NCBI GenBank assembly: GCA_963714955.1
Contig: CAVQQJ010000007.1
Span: forward strand, 37,917 to 101,916
Direction of reading: 5' to 3'
Length of the DNA stretch: 64,000 nucleotides
Source of the DNA: an uncultured Bacteroidota bacterium
Lineage (GTDB): Bacteria; Bacteroidota; Ignavibacteria; Kryptoniales; JAKASW01
The notes below the pieces were generated by a model. The model had not been told where the DNA came from. It ran no database searches and saw only the letters and a program-made list of their open reading frames with translations. The position numbers were made by a program, and so were the translations under genes. This document shows, one piece after another, positions 58,383-64,000 of this stretch. The stretch's first letter is position 1. The number at the start of each line of letters is the position of its first letter.

Positions 58383-60887
58383 ATGAAAATCTCTGACGCA
58401 AAAACACAACGGAATTCAAAGCTCTCCATCCTGATTTTTGTCCTCCTGGCTGCCGGCATTCTCACAGCCGGCTACTTCTATTATGCTGACTACGAGCATA
58501 AATACCGGACCGTGGTGGAGCGACAGCTTTCAGCAATAGCAGAACTCAAGGTTGGCGAACTGGTGCAATGGCGAAAAGAGCGTATTGCCGACGCTGAACT
58601 ATTCTACGACAACGAAGTTTTTTCCATTCTTGTTAAGCGATACTTCAAAGACCGGAACGACCGCGATGCAAAAACAAGAATCGTGGCATGGATGGGAGAG
58701 GCACAGAAGGCAAATAGGTACAATCTCGCAATGCTGGTAGACGCGAATTTCAATACGAGATTGGTAGTTCCGGAAAACAAGGAGGGAGTGCATTTAATTC
58801 TTGATGAACAAAGTGCCGGGATTGTGCGGTCCGGGAATATTGCTTTTCAGGATTTTTACCGTAATGACCAGGATCAACATGTCTATTTGAATGTCCTGGT
58901 TCCGATCAGGGATATCGCTTCTCCGAAAACGCTCCTCGGCATCCTTGCACTGCGGGTCGATCCCGAAGAGTACCTCTATCCTCTCATTCAACAATGGCCC
59001 ATACCAAGCCGCACATCGGAAACTTTGATCGTCCGCAAAGAGGGAAGCGATGCGCTGTTTCTGAATGAGTTGAAGTTCCATGCAAACAGTGCTCTCAATT
59101 TGCGAATTCCATTGACGCAGACGAACACGCCCGCGGTAGGAGCGGCATTAGGCAAGGAAGGAATTATCGAAGGAGTGGACTATCGAGGGGTGCCGGTGAT
59201 CGCCGACATACGGTCTGTACCGAATTCCCCCTGGTTTCTTGTCGCCCGCGTTGATTTCTCGGAGGCGTACACACCCGTTCGAGAGCGAATGTCGATGATG
59301 ATTTATCTTATCATTGCACTTCTTGTCGGTTCAGGGGCGAGCGTCGGTCTGCTTTGGCGCCGCGAGCACGCTCGCTTTTACCGGCAGCAGTATGAGGCAG
59401 CGCAAACGCTGATCGCTTCGGAGGCCCGCTATCGTCGCCTCTTTGAGGCGGCGAGAGACGGCATTTTGATCCTCGACGCCGAAACGGGGATGGTTGTGGA
59501 TGTGAATGCCTTCTTAATCGAATTGTTGGGCTATTCGCGCAAACAATTCATCGGAAAAAAGCTCTGGGAGCTTGGGTTCCTTAAAGATACTGCCGCAAGT
59601 AAATTGAATTTTGCGGAATTGGAGGAGAAAAAATTTATCCGGTATGAAGATTTACCGCTTGAAACGTCCGATGGGCGACGGATCGAGGTTGAGTTCGTAA
59701 GCAATGTCTATCTGGTTGACCATACAAAGGTGATACAGTGCAACATACGCGATATCACCGAACGCAAGCACGCGGAAGAATCCTTCGCCCGACTGGCGGC
59801 AATAGTCGAATCATCGGATGATGCCATCATCGGAAAAGACTTGAACGGCATTATCACCAGTTGGAACGCAGGTGCAGAAAAGCTCTTTGGGTATTCTGCA
59901 CAGGAGTCTGTGGGGCGCTCAATTAATCAGATAGTTCCACAAGACCGCTTGAACGAGGAAGAGCAAATTTTGGCCAAAATCAAACGGAACGAAAGCGTTC
60001 AACACTTTGACACTGCACGATTGGCAAAAAACGAACAGCTCGTTGATGTCTCTGTCACGGTTTCGCCGATCAAAGATGTTGCAGGCAATGTCGTTGGTGC
60101 CTCGAAGGTTGCGCGCGATATCACCGAGCGCAAGCGGGCGGAAAAAGAAATCCAACAGTTGAACGCCGAACTGGAGACTCGCGTGGTCGAACGCACTGCG
60201 CAATTGGAGGCCGCAAACAAAGAGCTTGAAGCGTTCTCTTATTCAGTATCGCACGACCTGCGGGCCCCCTTGCGGCATGTCAGCGGCTACGTGGATTTGC
60301 TTGCCAGACATTTCCAATCAGCATTGTCCGAGAAAGGGGCGCACTATCTGGATTCAATTGCAGATTCCACGCACCAGATGGGAAAACTCATTGACGACCT
60401 GCTGCAATTCTCCAGATCGGGAAGGACGGAGTTGCACCGCTCGCAATTAGAGATGAACGGAATCGTTCACGAAGCGGTAGAATCCGTAAGCAAAGATAAT
60501 CCTGGTGTTGCGATCGAATGGGTTATAGGAAAATTACCTTCCGTCTCCGGCGACGATGCAATGCTTCGGCTCGTGTGGATCAATCTTCTGAGCAACGCTG
60601 CCAAATTCACACGGACAAGGGCAAAAGCCTTAATTGAAATCGGAGCCACGGTTGACACAAAAGATGTAACGTATTTTGTCAGAGACAACGGCGTTGGGTT
60701 TGATATGAAATATGCATCGAAGCTGTTCGGAGTATTCCAACGTCTCCATTCCACAGAAGAATTTGAAGGGACGGGCGTTGGGTTGGCAAATGTGCGCCGC
60801 ATTATCATGCGTCATGGAGGACGCACATGGGCTGACGCTGAACTCGACAAAGGCGCAACATTCTATTTTTCGATGCCACATAATTGA
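58383..60887 (+). CDS. PAS-domain sensor histidine kinase with an N-terminal extracytoplasmic sensor domain
   Basis: ATG at 58383 (MKISDAKTQRNSKLSILIFVLLAAG). Two TM segments flank a domain of about 280 aa. Two PAS units. HisKA SYSVSHDLRAPL. HATPase GTGVGLANV. Confidence 0.9.
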   Translation: MKISDAKTQRNSKLSILIFVLLAAGILTAGYFYYADYEHKYRTVVERQLSAIAELKVGELVQWRKERIADAELFYDNEVFSILVKRYFKDRNDRDAKTRIVAWMGEAQKANRYNLAMLVDANFNTRLVVPENKEGVHLILDEQSAGIVRSGNIAFQDFYRNDQDQHVYLNVLVPIRDIASPKTLLGILALRVDPEEYLYPLIQQWPIPSRTSETLIVRKEGSDALFLNELKFHANSALNLRIPLTQTNTPAVGAALGKEGIIEGVDYRGVPVIADIRSVPNSPWFLVARVDFSEAYTPVRERMSMMIYLIIALLVGSGASVGLLWRREHARFYRQQYEAAQTLIASEARYRRLFEAARDGILILDAETGMVVDVNAFLIELLGYSRKQFIGKKLWELGFLKDTAASKLNFAELEEKKFIRYEDLPLETSDGRRIEVEFVSNVYLVDHTKVIQCNIRDITERKHAEESFARLAAIVESSDDAIIGKDLNGIITSWNAGAEKLFGYSAQESVGRSINQIVPQDRLNEEEQILAKIKRNESVQHFDTARLAKNEQLVDVSVTVSPIKDVAGNVVGASKVARDITERKRAEKEIQQLNAELETRVVERTAQLEAANKELEAFSYSVSHDLRAPLRHVSGYVDLLARHFQSALSEKGAHYLDSIADSTHQMGKLIDDLLQFSRSGRTELHRSQLEMNGIVHEAVESVSKDNPGVAIEWVIGKLPSVSGDDAMLRLVWINLLSNAAKFTRTRAKALIEIGATVDTKDVTYFVRDNGVGFDMKYASKLFGVFQRLHSTEEFEGTGVGLANVRRIIMRHGGRTWADAELDKGATFYFSMPHN

Positions 60888-60899
60888 GGAGATTAGGCT

Positions 60900-61364
60900 A
60901 TGGAAGAGCTACGGAAAATACTCTTAGCGGAAGACAGCCCTAAAGACGTCGAGTTGACTCTCGAAGCGCTGGCTGAACATCATCTTGCGAATCAGGTCAT
61001 TGTCGTCAAAGATGGTGTAGAAGTAATGGACTATCTGCGGTGCCAGGGTAAGTACAACCTACGGAAACCGTGTCTTCCGGCAGTACTGCTGTTGGATATC
61101 AAAATGCCGCGCATGGACGGTCTTGAAGTGTTACAAGCTGTCCGTAGCGATCCGGCCCTGAGGTTATTACCCGTCGTTATTCTCTCATCTTCCCGCGAAG
61201 AACAGGATTTGATGAGAAGCTATGAGTTGGGAGTCAATGCCTATGTGGTCAAGCCGGTCGATTTCAAAGATTTTATCCGAGCAGTGAAAGAGATTGGCGT
61301 CTTCTGGGCTATCATTAATGAAGTACCGCCGGAAAGTATGTTGTCCAAGGGAACTAAGAGCTAA
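60900..61364 (+). CDS. Single-domain CheY-like response regulator
   Basis: 154 aa. LLAEDSPKD, LLLDIKMPRMDG, AYVVKP. Confidence 0.9.
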   Translation: MEELRKILLAEDSPKDVELTLEALAEHHLANQVIVVKDGVEVMDYLRCQGKYNLRKPCLPAVLLLDIKMPRMDGLEVLQAVRSDPALRLLPVVILSSSREEQDLMRSYELGVNAYVVKPVDFKDFIRAVKEIGVFWAIINEVPPESMLSKGTKS

Positions 61365-61373
61365 GGGGTTACC

Positions 61374-64000
61374 ATGCTACGAGCACTTTTACTTGAGGAT
61401 TCGCCGCGAGATGTCGAGCTCATACGCGAGTTGTTGATAGATGCGGGATTTGACCTGGAAATGGACTTCACGGCGCTCGAAAAAGAATTTATCTCTTTGC
61501 TCCGCAGCCGCACGTACGATATTATTCTGTCTGATTTCAACTTACCCGGATTCGATGCATTCGCCGCATTACGATGGAGTTTGGAAATTTGCCCCAATGT
61601 CCCTTTTATCTGCGTCTCCGGCACAATTGGCGAGCATACTGCCGTCGAACTTCTGAAACAAGGCGCGGTAGATTATGTCTTAAAGGACAAATTGATAAAA
61701 CTTCCTTCAGCAATACATCGAGCACTGGGGGAAGTAAAAGAAAAAGAGACACGACGAGAAGCAGAAGCAGCGTTGCAGGAGAGCAAAGAGCGGTATAATG
61801 CTCTTTTTGAACGTTCGCTCGATCTTGTGTATATCTGTGATTTCGAAGGGTACTTCATCGATGCAAACGATGCCACCTTGAACTTGCTTGGCTACAAGAA
61901 AGAAGAAATCAGGTCGCTCACATTTGCCTCGCTGCTAAGCGAGGAACAGTTGCCGCTTGCATTCAAAGTAGCGCAAGAGATCAGAGAAACCGGTGGCCAA
62001 AAGGGTCTGGTGGAGTTTAGGCTGCGGTCCAAAAACGGTGAAGAAGTGCGCGTGGAGTCAATAGGGTCCGCCATCATGTCCAATGGAATAACTGTAGCGA
62101 TCCAGGCGATAGCACGTGACATCTCGGAGCGCAAGCGGGCAGAGGAAAAACTAACCAGGAGTGAAGAAAAATACCGCAGCATCTTTGAAAATGTGCAAGA
62201 TGTCTATTTCGAGGTCTCGATCGACGGAACAATTCTCGAAGTCAGTCCCTCCATAGAGATCATGTCGAACGGACAATATCATCGCGAAGATCTCGTCGGG
62301 AAGCCGATGGACGATTTCTATTCCGTTGCCGGCGGGCGGCGAGCTTTGCTCGCATTATTACGCGAACGAAACAGTATTACAGACCGTGAGATCGCGCTTA
62401 AGAACCGCGACGGTTCATCTGTGGCGTGTTCCATTTCTGCGAAGATACTATTCGATGCACAGGGAGTACCGTTGAAAATTGTCGGCAGCATGCTCGACAT
62501 CAGCGAACGCAAGCGTGCGGAAAAGGCTCTGAGCCAAAGTGAGGAACGTTTCAAATTGCTGTACGAATACGCGCCGATTGGCATGCTCCTTGCGAATCGA
62601 TCGGGACAAATCCTTGAGGTGAACCCTGCAGCGATCCGCATTCTAGCATCCCCATCTGTCGAGGAGACAAAGAAAATAAACCTGCTGACATTTCCGCTGC
62701 TCATCAAGTCCGGAATTTCCGCTGCGCTCAAGTCCTGCATTGAAACAGGTCAGGCCAGCTTTGGCGAGTATCTGTATACTTCCAAATGGGAAAAAACCAT
62801 TTATACACATTTGCGGTATGTCCCTATTTGCGATGATCACCATCAGGTGACCCTGGTGCACGTCATCATAGAGGATGTCACTGAGCGGAAGAGGACGGAA
62901 GAGGCGCTACGCTTGAGTGAAGAACGGTACCGGCATTTGTTCGATGCCAGCCCTGACGGCATCGTAGTCATCGGGCCTGACGGGTGCATCATGCGCGCAA
63001 ACATCGCACAAGCACGAATGTACCAGTATGATTCTCCAGACGACCTGATCGGTGTTCATGCGACGCAGCTGGTTGCCATGTCTTCGCGGGACTATTCCGC
63101 GGAGATCTTGAAACGGCGTCTGAACGGTGAATATATTCCCCCTGTTGAGTATGAGTTGGCCCGGAAGGACGGGACCACATTTTACGGAGAAACCTCGGCG
63201 ACGAGTCTGCGAAAAGCCGACGGCACAGTATCGGGCTATATCTGTGTCACTCGCGATATCAGTGAGCGTAAACAAGCGGAGGATGCATTGACGTATGAGC
63301 GTAACTTGCTCAACGCGCTTATGGACAATATGCCCGACCATATCTATTTCAAGGACAGGGAGAGCCGCTTCCTCAAAATCAGCAAGTCCCAAGCGCACCA
63401 ATTTGGCCTTGACGATTCCGGGCAGGCCGTCGGCAAAACAGATTTTGATTTCTTTGCCGAAGAGCACGCACGTCCGGCGTTCGAGGACGAGCAAAAGATC
63501 CTGAAATCCGGAATTGCCATCGTCGGGTTGGAGGAAAAAGAATCCTGGCCCGACGGCCGGGAAGGATGGGTGTCGACCACAAAGGTCCCTCTCCGGAACG
63601 AGCAGGGCGAAATCGTCGGAACATTCGGCATTTCCAGAGACATCACCAAGAGCAAGCAAGCTGAAGAGGAACGGCATCGCTTGATGACTGCTATTGAGCA
63701 GACTCTAGAGGCCATTCTTGTCACGGATCCTTCAGGCATCATTCAATACGTCAACCCCGCTTTTGAGCGAATCACCGGCTTTACCCGCAAAGAAGCAATC
63801 GGCCAGAATCCGCGCATCTTGAATAGCGGACACCAGAGTGCCGGGTTCTACGAGGATCTTTGGAAGACGATCTCCACAGGCGGGAAATGGACGGGGAGAT
63901 TCGTCAACAAGAAGAAAAATGGGACATTGTTCACGGATGAAACATCCATCTCACCCGTCGTCGATGAGAAGAGGGAAATCATCAATTACGTCGGAGTGAA
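61374..64000 (+). CDS. Receiver plus multi-PAS signalling protein, 3' end off-window. Not in the supplied ORF track.
   Basis: Frame 0 is open from the ATG at 61374 to the end of the window (875 codons, translated by hand). MLRALLLEDSPRDVELIRELL...ILSDFNLPGFDAF (receiver), then at least 5 PAS/PAC units, each closed by D(I/V)(S/T)ERK. Confidence 0.85.
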   Translation, partial: MLRALLLEDSPRDVELIRELLIDAGFDLEMDFTALEKEFISLLRSRTYDIILSDFNLPGFDAFAALRWSLEICPNVPFICVSGTIGEHTAVELLKQGAVDYVLKDKLIKLPSAIHRALGEVKEKETRREAEAALQESKERYNALFERSLDLVYICDFEGYFIDANDATLNLLGYKKEEIRSLTFASLLSEEQLPLAFKVAQEIRETGGQKGLVEFRLRSKNGEEVRVESIGSAIMSNGITVAIQAIARDISERKRAEEKLTRSEEKYRSIFENVQDVYFEVSIDGTILEVSPSIEIMSNGQYHREDLVGKPMDDFYSVAGGRRALLALLRERNSITDREIALKNRDGSSVACSISAKILFDAQGVPLKIVGSMLDISERKRAEKALSQSEERFKLLYEYAPIGMLLANRSGQILEVNPAAIRILASPSVEETKKINLLTFPLLIKSGISAALKSCIETGQASFGEYLYTSKWEKTIYTHLRYVPICDDHHQVTLVHVIIEDVTERKRTEEALRLSEERYRHLFDASPDGIVVIGPDGCIMRANIAQARMYQYDSPDDLIGVHATQLVAMSSRDYSAEILKRRLNGEYIPPVEYELARKDGTTFYGETSATSLRKADGTVSGYICVTRDISERKQAEDALTYERNLLNALMDNMPDHIYFKDRESRFLKISKSQAHQFGLDDSGQAVGKTDFDFFAEEHARPAFEDEQKILKSGIAIVGLEEKESWPDGREGWVSTTKVPLRNEQGEIVGTFGISRDITKSKQAEEERHRLMTAIEQTLEAILVTDPSGIIQYVNPAFERITGFTRKEAIGQNPRILNSGHQSAGFYEDLWKTISTGGKWTGRFVNKKKNGTLFTDETSISPVVDEKREIINYVGV

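Noticed and set aside
61361-63742. Six minus-strand ORFs (61361-61624, 61673-61876, 61892-62182, 62318-62740, 62907-63677, 63344-63742)
   Set aside because: They are antisense to a continuous plus-strand frame with clear receiver and PAS motifs. Their translations are low-complexity and rich in Arg and Ser.
1-64000. CRISPR arrays and rRNA genes
   Set aside because: No regularly spaced direct repeats with unique spacers were seen. The repeat families found are irregularly spaced and intergenic. No rRNA-like conserved segments were seen.

Overview
64 kb of bacterial chromosome, probably from the FCB group (Ignavibacteriota- or Bacteroidota-like). The main clue is six secreted proteins that end in a type IX secretion (T9SS) C-terminal sorting domain. 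No rRNA genes and no CRISPR array are present.

Layout:
- 0-16 kb, housekeeping genes: FKBP isomerase, metallophosphoesterase, MgtC/DUF4010 membrane protein, oligopeptidase B, PP2C phosphatase, mutS, clpC. These are interrupted by one IS element (7.56-9.11 kb) and a decayed REP-associated tyrosine transposase.
- 15993, tRNA-Asn(GTT): it is followed by remnants of an integrated element. These are a serine-recombinase stub, a frameshifted VapE-like NTPase, an iteron-like repeat field and a LexA-like wHTH gene.
- 18.7-37.2 kb, one-strand accessory array: VOC, GNAT, small lipoproteins, a 4Fe-4S membrane protein, a serpin and six paralogous Asp-box/BNR beta-propeller proteins. The array is punctuated by a dispersed intergenic repeat family whose complete copies begin GCCTAAC and end GTTAGGC, like integron attC core sites. 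No integrase lies in the window.
- 37.7-49.5 kb, mixed genes: decayed LuxR-type regulator, Omp85-like protein, MtfA-like peptidase, STAS-like protein, BON protein, LysM protein, DUF389 protein and a stand-alone SIR2-like protein.
- 50-64 kb, sensing cluster: PAS/histidine-kinase/receiver genes enclosing a small HTH plus ClpP-fold protease module. The last gene (61374 to the window end) is absent from the supplied ORF track because it has no stop codon.

An unusually large number of genes, at least 11, are frameshifted, truncated or carry in-frame stops. mutS is one of them.

All calls rest on reading the translations and sequence by eye. No database search or folding program was run.
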